The notes under the pieces were generated by a model. The model was given only the letters and a program-made list of their open reading frames with translations, was not told the origin of the DNA and searched no databases. From Cirrosporium novae-zelandiae (taxonomy: Eukaryota), in NCBI GenBank assembly GCA_026023565.1, contig JAPETS010000052.1:1-64000 (forward strand): DNA of 64,000 nucleotides, given 5' to 3'. A program made the position numbers and the translations under genes. This document shows, in pieces, positions 49,111-63,200 of this stretch (its first letter is position 1; each line of letters starts with the position of its first letter).

Positions 49111-52100
49111 CAGCATATATTTCATGTCCGCATAGACTAATCTTTCAAACAACTTTATCTTTTCACTTTTCCGGAGTTCAAGTAGTTTAATATCACGGAT
49201 ATTATCGACAATATCTGTGAGCGCCTTACTGCATGCCTCGGGAAACACTATTTCCAAGACAATGCCACAGGTAAAAACTGACCACCGGTAATGTAGTAAT
49301 GAAGTGAGGACTAGAACGTCATAGTGATAGGGTGGTTTTTTGATATAATTTGGATAAAATAGGCCATCCGTGGAGATGGCCATGGCAAAACGCATTGCCA
49401 CAGTCTTCATAACCTCAAAGACTGGTTGAGACAGAACAACTCTTTTTTTACCTGCATACCTAGGAATTCTGTAAGATAATCTGGGATCTAATAAAATTTG
49501 ATCTACTGTATATTATAGTAATCTTGGAGGGGGTTTGAAGTCAAGCGGAGGATGGTTCTTGACTAGCTGGTCGAAGTCCAACGTCCAACTTTTAGGCTAT
49601 GTCCTAGATGAGGTTTTTTTTTAGAATTATGCCTCAGAGAATCTTGTTATGTTGTTAGAGATTATTTTTGTTTGATATCTGATCCGATATCAGACACTTT
49701 TTTATATACGGTATTGGATAAACGGATTGTTGTTATTATTCTGGGGGTATCTGTATGTTGCTGGGCCGAGTTCAAATTTATTAAATATGTCTTTAATCCT
49801 TGATGTCTTGTTTCCCTTGCCACTTTTTCAATGGCCCTTGAGTAATGCATTCTTATAGGTTACCAATCACCATTGTCCTATGGCAGTTTAGGAGGTTTTA
49901 TATGTCAAACAATAAAATGGAGATTAGGAGCCAACTTGAGAGCCTTTATATCTTGTTGACTGGGGGATGTAGTATGTGGCATCTCAATTGCGCAAAGTCT
50001 TCAATCCACGGGCGTAAACCGAGAATTGAAGGGAGAAGCTACGAAGGGGATCTTTGGGCGATGAGACCTTTGATTTTTGCCAACAATTTTACCTTGGACC
50101 GCAGAGCGATGGATAATCCTCTTCTGATCCTAAGTATTTGGGTCGTGTCACGTTTCTCTCTGTGGTGTTCTTCTTCTCAGCTTATCATTAAGATTAGTAG
50201 GATCAGTGTCTCTTTTCCGTAAGGACCCAAACTAGCATGTTTACCCAGTAGCTTGGTGTATCATTTCTTATAATATTATGGGGACTTTCCCACCGTTCAA
50301 TGATCATATTTTCCCTCAGAATCGTGCATACTCTTAAATATATATAAAAGGGTAAGTGTGAGATTCAAGTGGATTTTTGGTAGTTCACCGTATTCCTAGA
50401 TGTAATATACATTAGGGACATTGTATACTTATTTTAGTTTTCTTGGTTCTAACCGATGTTGTGGGTTCACGGTATAATACAATGAAATGTCCAGAGATGA
50501 GAGAGAAAGGGCGTATCAGGTGGTGTGTTCGTTTACGGGCGAGATCGTTTCGTAGTATGGTATGTATCCAGCCATATTATCAATATAGCGTTGCCATAGC
50601 AAAACCACCTTGAGGCTGGCGAAAAAAACGGCGAATGCAACGTTGGCACCATGGTCGTTCTCGCTTGCGATACGCTTTAGACACCTAATGAACGGAGTCA
50701 GGTAGCTTCTGCGGAGGACCAGACCTAGAAGCAGCTTTAGCGCTGCGCGTAGGAGTAGCAGGTCAGCCAAAGAGCCGCGACCAGAACGATCAGTGCGAGA
50801 TGATATCTTTGAGAAGAAACGTTCGAGGTGTACATGTTAAGAACTCTTGCTATAACCTTAGCCGTTAGGGCACTCGATCCTTGAGGGAAGAAGAGCCTAG
50901 AAAGAGGATATGAATAGATGTCCCGCTTGTTGACTAGAAGAAGGGAGCCTATTTCTGATAGGAAGCACTTGGTCTCAGCTAACAATATCTAACCATATAG
51001 CTTTTGCGATGCTACCGAACAATGACGCAGTGTAAAATTTTTAAAAAGTTTGAAGAGCTGGATGCAAAAACTGATAAAAAACATTATTGGGTTTGTGGAC
51101 TTGGTATAATCCTTGGTTTGGAATTTTCTTTCGATTCATATTCCAAGCATGGTATGAGTGAGGAAGGTTCTGTTGATTTCTGAGTTCTCGATCGCTACCA
51201 CTGAATTAGCGGAGGAACTTCTCGCGACTAAAGTTGTTGGCTGGACTTTTACTCCAATACATGAGGTGTTGAAGTCTAGCCGATGACACAATAAACCACT
51301 ATGATTCAAGACATAGCCCAGGAACACACGGTTAGTTCTGACGACACAGAATGAGATAATGTCCCCAGGAGAGGATATATTGACCATTATAGTCCTGTGG
51401 CAGTAGTCACTGGTACTACTAATCACCAGCCCTATGGGATATGCACATGTAGCGGAACCTGCATAACTCTCGTCTTACGCTAAGAGATTTGATAAAGTTC
51501 TCCATAACAGTTTTTCCCCAACATTCGAATCCTCAGCAGAGGGAGAGGACAATGGTCATTTTCTTCAGCTTTGTTGGGACTAATCTGGAAGAGTATGTGT
51601 GCTAGAGTCATTGGCTTGTACGCTCTCCTCGTTCAAGCTCGTGAATTCTTTTTGGTATACTTAGCCGCAATGGTCTTCCATCCTTAGTTTGACAGCAAAG
51701 AAGCGACAGTGCAAGATAACGAACGGAACCGGATCTTAGTTTCTGTACCCGACTCCGGAATATAGTTCATCGCATATAAACCTTAAGGACCTAAGTGGAT
51801 CCTCTCATTTCCAGGCCCACAGTTAGATATGGAAGCGTTTAACGCCCGAGGCCTTCCGTTGCAGTAGGAGAAATGGGGAAAGAAAACACAGTATGACAAC
51901 AAAGAAATTTAACCTAGCTATCCTTTTCAGTTGAATGAGCCATACAACTTTTACGTAAAGGGGTGCGGAAAAGGACAGACTCTTGGACAAACACGTTGTA
52001 TGTGTGATGTAGCCCCCCAAATAGACATACCCACCGCATGCCCACAGAAACGAAGTTGGTTAATCTTGAAGAAGGTTTATACTAAATACCGGTGAGGATG

Positions 52101-53810
52101 CCCAAGGCTTTCCGAAATCAATGCAGTATGGTAAATAACCGAAAGGAATTGATGTGTTGGGCTTGCGGCTTTGCCACATGGAGGATACAGCTGCCTCTGA
52201 GGTGTCTGAGCCTAGGACCGTTGGGCATGCCAAAGTGAAAGAAGAACATGACTCTAAACTATCCACATAAGGCTAAATAATTAAGTGCAGGTTGTCGGGT
52301 CAACAGGATCTATAGGCACATGGACAAGCCTAAATTGCCTTCTTTCAGAATTTGTCTGTAAACTTCATGGAAAAAGGAGAGAAGCCAGAATAAGCCCACA
52401 AAGCATATATCTCCTAGTATGGAAGAACTCGTACATTCAAACTTGGACAAAAGCTGCTGAAAACATCAAGGTATATATTTATCTCCACAATCAGAAAAAT
52501 TATTCTCAAGCGGCCTTATGGTAAGGAAGACAGATGAGTGAATTTTTTTTAAGTTAAAGGTCTACAGAAAAATCTCTCGAAAAGTAAGTTTGGAGGGTTA
52601 TATATGCGCTCTCTCGTATAATTATCAAGCGCAACAAAAATAAATTTTTGAAAACTTTTAGTGAGTGTACAAAGGCCTGGAAGATTGCCTTCGGCCACAC
52701 CGACAGACTGGAAGCTCGTCATCGGTTTCTCTTGTCTTGTCTAAACTTTGGCCTGTGAGTGATTTTTTTTTGGTGGTGCATGGAAAGGTGGATAAATATG
52801 GCGTGAGAGATTTGCTTGATGAGCGGGTTGAGGGGTTTGGGGTTAGTGGATCTGGAGATAAAGTTGCCGAGACATGATGATAGAGTGATGTAGGGAAATT
52901 GTAAACAGTGATGTTGGAAAAATATTGGAAACAATGTAGAGGCACAAGCGGAATAATATAACATGTTCGGAAGGTTAAATTCGGTACCTCACAAAAGGAC
53001 AAAATCAAGTAGATCAATGAAACGTTGAATTACCTATATTCCAAACATCAGTAGTGGCAGACAGAAAAGAATAACCAAGGGCCAAACAAAGCGAGCCAAC
53101 AACGATGGTACACAATAATACACAATAATTTAAAAATTTGTAGTAGCTGGCCAATCTTTCGATCGGGCCTAGCATCTGACGATTCATTGATTTATGATGA
53201 TCGACTGTCTCATGGCCGTGACATATAATATAATGTAGGTTAATAACTTTCGTGCCACCATTCCTGTCCTTTCCTTTCCCTTCATCTGCGCTAAAAATTG
53301 ACGGACTGACTTGCTTGACTCGCTTCGCTAATGCTTCATGCCGCAAAAGATCATGCAATGAATACTTCCATATCCAAAGGACGGTTAAGACATGGCCGCC
53401 CAAAAGTCAAGCACACATTCGTAATGAACAATGTCCACCTCGACCCATCAAACTTGGAGGTCGTGTCCCAAATGCCAACCCACCCCACCCTTTCCCCAAA
53501 TCGCTATGCATGCAAGCCATTGTAGCTAGCACCTATTGCAGATGGGCTAGCTACCTATGTACCGTAGTACGAATAAATTATATCGCCAGCAGCGAACGCC
53601 TCCAATTTTCGTGTCCATTGATTCCAGAACGCGTGTTCATGTCCATTGTATCAATAATAGTGGTAATATAGATATAGCTTTTGTAATATCGCAATTGTGG
53701 TGTCCGATGCCTGTTTGCGCCGTTCCGATGTAACGCCAATGATATCGAATCAAGGCCCATTCCCAATCCCTAGATCCAAATATCGAGAAGAATAGTTAAA
53801 AAGTGGTGGT

Positions 53811-54476
53811 TTATAATTTCCTGCCTTTCCCGAGGCCTGAGGAGCTGGTACCCGCCGCTGCCATGTTGCGCGTCAAGCCGCCAATATAATCTTGAAGTAG
53901 TTTGTTTTCTTTTTCTAATTTGACGTGGTCATTGCGGACAACTTCTATGCGCTGCGCAAGAGCAGCCAAAGAGGATTGAAGGGTACGCGATTGTCTGGAG
54001 CGAGAAGAGAAGACATAAGCATTCTACTCAAAGTAGAAAAAGAAGATTTCATGCAGGAAGAAAAGGTGGACTTACGCGACCAGGCTTTCCCTGACTCCTT
54101 CTCCAAGCCTTGCTAGGTCCGAACTGCTCCGTCTGGGGCTCATGGCTCGTGCATCATCAGGAGCAAATTCATGATTTCTCTTGAATTCTTCAGGATCGAT
54201 TTCAAGATCGAGATCAATATGTGGATGATCGCGAGGGACGACTATAGTGCTGGATTTTCTGGCCAAAAACCTCGGACGAGGTTGACGTGAACGGGAACGA
54301 CTTCGACGCTCATCGTCCTCATCGTTGGAGGAACTTAATGGATCAGACCCTGGCGAATCCACGGCTGTTTTTGTATCCTCGTCGTCTTGAATAGCAAAGT
54401 CGGGATTTGGTGTTGAAGGTGTCCCCAGGTCAGTTGGGGGCGGTAATGTGGATGATGATTCTGTAATGGTGGCCAT
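53811..54476 (-). CDS. SLO1: SCOC/Slo1-like short coiled-coil protein (DUF2205); exons 54476-54076 and 53994-53811
   Basis: ARAMSPRRSSSDLARLGEGVRESLVA|QSRTLQSSLAALAQRIEVVRNDHVKLEKENKLLQDYIGGL matches the SCOC coiled-coil pattern. An 81-nt GTAAGT...CAG intron keeps the frame. Confidence 0.87.
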
Positions 54477-57400
54477 GAGGAGAGCTCTGGAGGGGGGGAA
54501 GAGCAAAAAGTTGGAGTTCTGAAGGTGAAGAGGACGTCGTTTGAAGAGTCACAAGGGTATCAAAGCAGTGAGGGTAGCGAAGGTAGTGAAGGTAGTGAAT
54601 GTGGTGGAGAATAGGATCGTATGGACAGTTGTCGGCAGCTGTTTCCCGCAAGCTTGAACTTTCAGCTTTTCCAATCCGTAATCTAGAAAAGTTCCATGCA
54701 AGCTAAGAAATGGTTGTGTGTGGTAGGTGCATGTGGCACTAGCAACGAGGAGTAGATACCCATAGAAAGGTTCTCAGGCTTCAAAGGTTATGTGTGCTGC
54801 TTGCATTTGAGTATGGCTAGCAGACTTATCAAAAGTTGCAGAGAGGTATGTAGTTGTGGAGGATTTGTTGGAAAGTCGAGGATTTGGGGTCCTTGGGGGT
54901 CTGACAGTGAGGAGGGTCGAGGGTTGACTAAAGGTTACAAGTTGCGAGTTTCGGTTTGGGGCGATTATTAGGCGGCGGGAACAAGTGCAGTCTGCAAGGT
55001 GCAAAGTAAATGTTGTGGACCCTGGGAAGAAACACCGTCACTGGTCAGCCTAGGGAACAGTTTAGACTCGTCAAGTAAACTAATCAGGGTCCGAACTTTA
55101 AGTAGTAACTCGAATAAGGATTTGGAGAGCGGAGGCCACTTTTTTTGTTGCACGAGATCAAGAGGTCAAGAAGTGTCAAGACAAGGTCAAGTTCAAGGAA
55201 TAGGTCAAGATTTTGAGGTCAAGGGCAAACAAAAGAATAAAAGAAAGAGAGAGAGCGAAAGAAGGGGTCAAGCAACTCTTTTGGACTGTAAATCAAACCA
55301 ACTGTATCCCGTACCTTTTTTTCTTTCTTTTTCCTTTTCTTTTGCTTCTTCTTCTTTCCTTCGGGAACCTCCAATTGGACGTTTGATTATAGAATTATTC
55401 TTGTTCTTCTTCTTTCAAAGTAATTTAAGAGCTTGGAAGATCCTCAAGAGTCTTTTTCCCAATTACCGAACAATTCAATCTCCAATTTCTCCAACGCTTC
55501 CTTGGCAAGCACGAAATCGTAATAATGTCAAACCAAATTTCCAAAATTCCACAAGAAGAATGCTGAGATTCTGACTTTTCGGTTGTTCGATATAGATCAC
55601 TCAAGCACCTGGCCAGAGCTTTTTGTTTGGGTAATAGGTAATAGGTGTAGAATAAGGCACAGGTATTCTACTGAGTACTTTCCTCGGGGATTGGGAAGAT
55701 TCGGAAAGGTAATACCGGATTAGGAATTTCGAGAAATGATTTTTAGTGAATTAGTGGGGCTTTACAGAAAGACTGGTAGTGTTGGTAGTGCCGGTATAGT
55801 GCTTGGTAGTTTGGGAATGCTGGGTGGATTTCGGTGCATAGGAGAGGGGCGGATTGAGCGAGGGGGGTTGCAATAAGTGGGAGGTGATGGGAAGTAGGAA
55901 GGTAGAAAGTGGAAAGTGGGATGGGAGTTATATTGTGGATAAATTAAAACATCACAGCCGACTGTTCGAGGGGGGGTGGGGGGTAGAAGTTATGTTGAAG
56001 ATTTGGGGATTTTTTTTTCTTTGCTAGTTGTCTAGTAAAATAATCTAGTCGGTCTAACTTAATAATTAATGTCTTTGAATGTCATGAATGTCTGAGTATC
56101 TTTTTTGTATCTATCTAATTATTGCTTCATCGCTTATTGTCTCTCTCTCTCTCTCTCTTTTTCTCTCTCTATCTCGTTTTTTCCCCCTCTGTTGTTCCTC
56201 TCCGCTTCTCTCACTCTGTGGAAACGGAGATTATATCCAGGCAGCGATGACGTCAAATTCGCGTGCTCCAAAAGCTTCCCTTGAGCTTTTTGGTTGATTA
56301 CCGAATGACTTTTGATTACTTAATTCTCTCGGTATTGGTTGGTATTGGTTGGTATTCGGTGACATATTTTGGCGCTCCTTTTGACTTGGACAAAACTTGT
56401 CAATTTCCAGTGCCTCGAAATACTTCTGGTGCTTCTTCTTCGCCTCTTCTTTCCAGCTTTCCCAACCAGCTAGATTACTAACACCTGCCAACCCAACCTT
56501 CACACTGGCACTGGCACCACTGGCCTCCCCCAAGTTTCCTTATTTGTTTGCTAATAGTAACACTATATGTAATGGTGCGTTTCGCTTCACCGCAAGTAGT
56601 AACTAATTGAGGAAACCTGATGGGCTATGACTAGGAAGATTCTCCAGAAATCAGGAAACAATGCCTCCTCTTTTCTTAAGATGAAGAAATAGTTGTACGA
56701 CGACTTTCCTGAAAGAATGATTTGTCTCGGAAAATAAATAATTGCAGATGGGATTGAATACAAGAGAACCTTACCTTGACCATTTTGAATTATTCATAAC
56801 CATCGGACCAGTCATGCCCTCCACATCGGCACATTCCCAACGAGTCTAAAAGGAAAAGAGGAAGCTAATTAGCGTCAGTCAAGGAAGGAAAAATGTGGGT
56901 TGTTTTTCAATTCCTGGTGAATAACTGAACATGACTAAATAGTAGCCCTGTCGGATCAAAAGTAGTAGGCCTTGTCCGATGATGAAATAGCGCAGCCACC
57001 GGCAATGAGCGTCCAAGGGTATGTCCAAAAGTGCATTAAGTGATGTCAAGGGTCATGTTTTTATCTCTTTCTTTTTTGCCCGGTTCGCTAGGCGGTCTGA
57101 GAGTTCTTTTCGGCTGTCTCTAACTACCAAGTACCCCCACCCCCCCCCTTAAATCCCTAAAAAGTCACCTAAAGGTCCCCCCCCGATGGTCCCAATGGTC
57201 CCAAATGCTTCTTGTTTTTCCTTGATGAACAAAGAGAACCGCCAAGAGCCCGGGGACTAACCTCATCATTCCTTGACCGGGTTGCTGCCCTTCGTAGAAA
57301 CATGTAACGAACAACTAAAAAATAACCCAAAAATACCACGTGGAAGTATTTTTTTGCCCTCAGACCTCTACAAACAGTACAAGACTTTTTTCTCAGACAT

Positions 57401-60226
57401 GAAGTTACAGATTTGCAACTTTTCGTCTGAGATAGATACAGAGCAGAGTAAACCCGTCATTCCCTTTCTAGGTCCAAAAGATTATCTCCTGCCCTGATGA
57501 GCCCTGCGTCCGAATCCCGGCCGAGCACTGACTAACTATGGTATCATCATAATTCATATAATGACATTGATCGTCATTCTCATCCACCCCCCCCCCCCGA
57601 ATCCCATCAATTACCCGTGGGCAATGAATTTCCATGTAACTCTCCTCTCTCTCTCTTTCTCTCTCTCTATCTCTGTCGTTTTCCATTTCCCTTACCGCTT
57701 CATGGGCAAATTTCTTTCCCTAGACCACCAATGATGAAAGAGAAAAATGCTTAGGTATTTAAAAACATATGATTGGAAATGGACTAGCCGTTTAATTATT
57801 AGGTATAACTAGGTATAACCTTTGTTACATCTCAGCTCGGACGCTTGGATTATCTGTCATCCCATCTCTCTCGCCAGATGGTTTTTTTTTCTCCAGGTTT
57901 CTCCTGATTATTTCATTTATCGGCACATGGTGTGTTTTCCCTCGTATTGGCATTCATCATGGTCAAGAACTAAAGTACAACTCGCTTAATCTATCCCCAC
58001 AGAGGCCAACCCAAGGCTTCTGCCACCACCTTCTTTCGGGTCCTGTGTGACTTGTTGTGGTAAAAGGTAGAAGGTTTTTAATTTTGATAATTCCATGAAC
58101 CCCATGCCATCATCGTTCATGCGTACCTTCCCACCAGATAAGGAAGGGGATTAATGGGGTCAGTGTCTTTGGTCTGCCTTGCAATATATTTTCTCCTTAT
58201 GCACCTTCTCGATATAGGTTACCTTCTTTATTGGCCTATTTGCTTATCAGGCATTCATTCGTCTCCGAGAACCACCACACCCCTACCAGTTAACAGCCAA
58301 TATTGCATAAAGTCACACAAGGAGGATGACTAAAGTAGGAGTAGTAGAGTCGCACGTTATTAGTATAATTAAAGCACCGAAAACATGACAGCATTACGGC
58401 CCGCCGATCAAGAAAAGAGCGTAGAGAGGCGATCCTCTCACCTAAAAGCAAACCGTAACATTGAAAAAGAAGACGAGAAAGAAAAAAAAGAGGATGATCG
58501 ACGGTGCATACGTACAGCCAATTCGCCCCCCTCATTTTTTTTCGTCCTCTTAGGACAAGAAGACCGGGAGACCCGATTAAAGGTACGGTAATTATAATTA
58601 ATTAGTCTAACCAAACACACAATTGGACCAGCCTTTTTTTTTTCAATAAACAAATGAGCCAACGCGGGCAGGAGTAAGCTGTCGGGGGTCATAATCATCT
58701 TCCCGGCTTCTTTATTGGACCTTGTTGTTGTTATTAACCAACCTAAATAGAAAAAAAGTCGACTTTGTATAGTTCGGTCATTTGCTCTCTACAAAGCTCG
58801 CTCTTTGGTAGTTAACGGTAAAATAGGTTATTTTTCTTCTTTTTCTTCGTCTTCTCTAATTTTAAGAGAAAATACGGCAAAAAAAAAACTAATTATGCAA
58901 AAGAATCGGTAATTAAAAAGAATTCCCTTTGCTAGAACGGCTTGGGAAGAACGGAGCTGGGATGACGATTATTGGGGATGACGGAGCGACGTAACGATCG
59001 CCCAAGGGTCTCACGAGTGGACTTGCTCCAAACAAATTGGCTCCAGCAGTGGGGCGAGGATCTTCTTCAACGGTCAGAAGGCCAAGGGAAGAATCCGTGG
59101 GAGGGAGAGAAAGTGAGCCCTTGGATTTGAAAGTAAGCTTCCTCTTCTTTTAACCTTAGGCATCGTTGTTTGAGACCTTTGGCTCCCCAAAGGTCAAAAA
59201 GGGCCCCATCTTTTTGTTGCCCATGTGTTGGCAAATGAATAAGATAAACATGCTCCAAAAGGCTGGAGAGTTCATCCATCACCTGCAATGTGCCGTCGGA
59301 ACGTTTGGATAGAGAGAGGGGTGAGGGGGTGGCCCTAATTCTAATCTTTGGATCCCCAAGGTCTCAAAGGCAAAATGGAAATGTTGAATTGGAAAGAGCC
59401 AAAAAAAAAAGATTTTAGTTTGGTTGGATGTTTAATCCTTTTGGCTTTGCCTTTCTTTTCTGTGTACAGTACAAATGTGTTGTGTGGCCTCATTACCACC
59501 TACCGGTCAATCTGACTGCTCAACTAGGGAGTTGGAGATGATCAATGACTATCAAATCATACTTCATGGGAGCCTCATCAGCGCTATGATCGGCCCTCGT
59601 CATCCATCATCTACTCTGATTCAAGCAACTCTATTTGACTCCTTCAAAGTTTATGGCGAAACATTCTGACCAGCTCATGTCATACACACATAACACACAC
59701 ATAACACTACTTTAGTATAATGAAACACGACTTCGGTGCCATCAACAGCTGGCAACTAGTGGAGAGGTCCGGGCCTTATTACTGGGCAGACGTGTTGATC
59801 TACATCTTTCACATACGTTCATCATTACCGCATTAGTAGTATGTAAAATGTACTAACAAAATAACCAATTCATCCTTTATTCCTCCACAGACCGTAACAC
59901 AGAGAGCCTACCGGAGAGCTACTACGCACCCCACAACCTACCAAGCCAGTGTGCATAGTTCCTCATTGATTTGTCTCCGAGAATAACCCCCTGATGCTGA
60001 AGTGGCCGATGAGCTCGAACCTCGAACGCCAGGTCCGCCGAACCCACCATGTTATCCGCTTTGCAATTGTTGTTTCGTAACACAAACAGCAGACAGTCCC
60101 AGAAAAAAAGAAAAAAAAAGAAGAAAAAAACTCCCCTGCGCTCGCTGAAGTGCTTGCTGATTTAGTTGTGGTTATTCGAAATAAAATGGAGACAGACTCA
60201 AAAATCTAGCTCAAGGCTGCTCGTGA

Positions 60227-63200
60227 TCATCTTCGAGGCAAGCTCCCAATCATTCTTCCCCCTCCAGATAACAAACTTTGCTGGACAATCAACTGTGCTG
60301 CGGCGGCGGCAGCCAACCGCTCCTTCTGCCGACTCCGGTCTTTCAGGTATCGTTCTGCCTCTGGCCTCATCCTCAGAATGCGCAGAATCATATCGTCATT
60401 TGGTTCCGCCTGCGCTTCCCTCCTCTTCTCCTCTTTTGCCTTTCTCATTGTCCCCAGATTCCGTGAAAGCATAATGCTCTTGCTGCGCCTTGTAGACGTC
60501 ACTCCCATTAGTCCTGTTGGCCCACCAAAGGCTGGGGAAGCTAGTAGAGCCGGAGCAGAAGCGCGACTTCGCTGCGCCTGCTGCTGACGTTGGAGGGTTG
60601 CGTTGGCCATGCGTTCGGATTCGCGGACGAGATTCTCCGTTGTTTCAAAGTAGAAGAAGTTAAGAGACTGGATATCGTGATATTTAGGTGATTTAAGCAT
60701 GTCCGTTGGCACGCCGTTGGCTTCTCCTGTTTCCTCGTCCGCGGCGTTGAAAAAGTCGAAGAGAAGTTCCAGCCATTTGTAAACAATGTCTAATTCTTGT
60801 TGAGTCAAAGGATGCTGTTGTGAAGGCTTGTCTGAAAGTGGGGGAACCAGTAAGCTCTCAATGGTAACCAGGACTTCTTTCCATAATCGAGTCATAACCA
60901 TGATCATGGCTGGACGAGTCAACGTCTCGTTCATGATTGCAAAATTGTCATCGAAGTATGTGAAGAGAGGCTTCAAGGCATTAGTAACATCAGCTGCAGT
61001 AGGGGCTTGCATCATCGATGATGCTGGCCGTATTCTACTAAAATAGTTGGAGACTGCAGACATATTAATGCCTCGCGAAAGCAGACTTCTCAATGCTCGA
61101 CGGGAGAGACAGTGATGAATATAGGCGGAGAGCTACACCGATCGGTTAGATGTGCAGTTTGAACCAAGTTAGCCGAACCTACCTTGTCGGTGATTCTTCG
61201 AGTCATGTCCCCCTCCGTCCGCTTTAAGGTCCTAAATGACTTTCCGAAATAAAATTGAATATCGTCCCTTTCTCCTTCCATACTCACACGTAGCAGCAAA
61301 CGCCCTTGGGTATCAAGATCCAACCAAAATTCTTTCGGTAAGAAGTCTCGGAAATGCGAAGGGTCAAGTTTGAGTGATGTTCGACCTACATAGTCATGCT
61401 TCCCTAGTGTATCCCAATCCCAAATTGTCGCGATAATATTAAGTGGACCTTGAGTCGTGACGTCTACAGTTTCGTCCCAACGGGGATTAAGAGTTTGATA
61501 GATAACTCGAGTCTTTGCCAAACGCTTTTGGAACTCGTCGCCAAGAACAACATATGGATCACTCAGCCCATTTATATCGCAGGCTTTGAGATCCTCACCT
61601 TCAACAATTTTGATAGAGAAGACAAAGTTGTTGATTCTTTGCCTTTTCATGGCAGCTGGTGGTGTGTGTCTTTGAATAACTTCAGCACAGGCATCGACAT
61701 TCATCTCATGCTCCAGTTTGTCTAGCTGCTGTAGAGCAAATTCGACATTGTTTAGTTTGACAAAGGACTAGAACACCAATTGTCAGTTTCATATAGTAGA
61801 GCCTGAAAAATAAATTGTTACCTCTGGGAAAAATTGAAAAGGTTCAATCTTTTCTTTGTTATTCCACGCATCTTTTGCCATTTGCATCCACTTCTCCTGT
61901 CTAGTCTGATTTGCAGCTGCCTCTTGTTCAGGGGTTAGGCGATCCATTTCTCTATTGAACTTGTCCTCAAGTAAATCACAATACTTGGAAAGTCCAACAC
62001 CAATCGACTTAGCGAGGGCAGTCATAAACTTTGCATATTGCACATCATCATCCCATTCGAGCTGAGCAACTTCATTTACGGTCTGGTTAAATGATCTGAA
62101 GATATCAATAACAGAGACACTGTGCCTCTGTTCCTCATTGGGGATTTGGTTTGGACTGTCAGTTCGGACTTGAAACGAATCTTGCTTAACAGCCTCCTCA
62201 ATCCACCCAAGGAGCTTTTCATCAGTCATATTAATCCATCGCCAGACAAAATTTGCCAACAAGTCTTCAATGTGAAACGCAAATGGGACACTATAATTTG
62301 AAAAATGAGTGACTATATCACGAGTGATATTGGATATCTTACCCAGGCAAGGCATCAGTATGGATGCGGCGAACCCCCACAAGTTCCTTGTACAAGTCAA
62401 AACCATCCTCGATGGCTACTTCTTCTCCACGTTCCTGAGCTACTTGTATCACCCTGGTTGTGAGATCCCTTGCGTCCTCGGCGTATAAAGGCAGGACGGT
62501 TTCGACGAATATTGATAAAGGATTAACGCTGCTTAGCTTAGCATATTTCTTACTTACTTGAATATTTAGAAACTTACCCCATAATCTCCGGGCTATTGCG
62601 GTATCGCTTCTGCACACGGTCGGCAAGTTTCATAACAGCCTTCCCCAGTTGGATAACATGATAGAACTCCCAGGAACTCTGGTCCTTAGGAACCTCTTTG
62701 TCAAGCAAAGTACCATAGACCTCCTTAGCATGCTCGCGTAGTCCTTGGCTCAGCTGTTCACCAAATGCATCGAGATCCTCTTCGCTTTTTGGGAAGCTGC
62801 TATCACTGTAGATATGTGTATCAAGTAGAAATAATATCGGACCTGGTGAAGGTGGTTTTGGCTCATAGCAATGCCTCATTACTTCATACAGCTCACGAAG
62901 TAGGGCATCATGTAGTGCTCGAAGGATATGTTGAATCAAAGCTAAATCTGCCACCGTCCATTTGTCTCGGTCAAGTAACACTGAAGTTAAAATAACAGAG
63001 CTCCGCTTATTATCAGAAAAAGGCTCTTTTACGAAGTTGAATGCCTTCTCTAGCATTTCCAACCCAATCTCACCATCAACAAACTTCTCCCGAACCACGT
63101 CAAGGAATAAAACAACGCGAGAAAACCGTGGAATCCGCCAACGAAGACATATTTCATTAAGCAGCTCTGTAGATTGTTTAGACAAAAGTCCTTGTGTGGA

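Noticed and set aside
54999..59700. ORFs at 54999-55574, 56231-56533 and 58385-58591
   Set aside because: Built from (CT)n, poly-T and poly-A tracts, with no domain or splice support.
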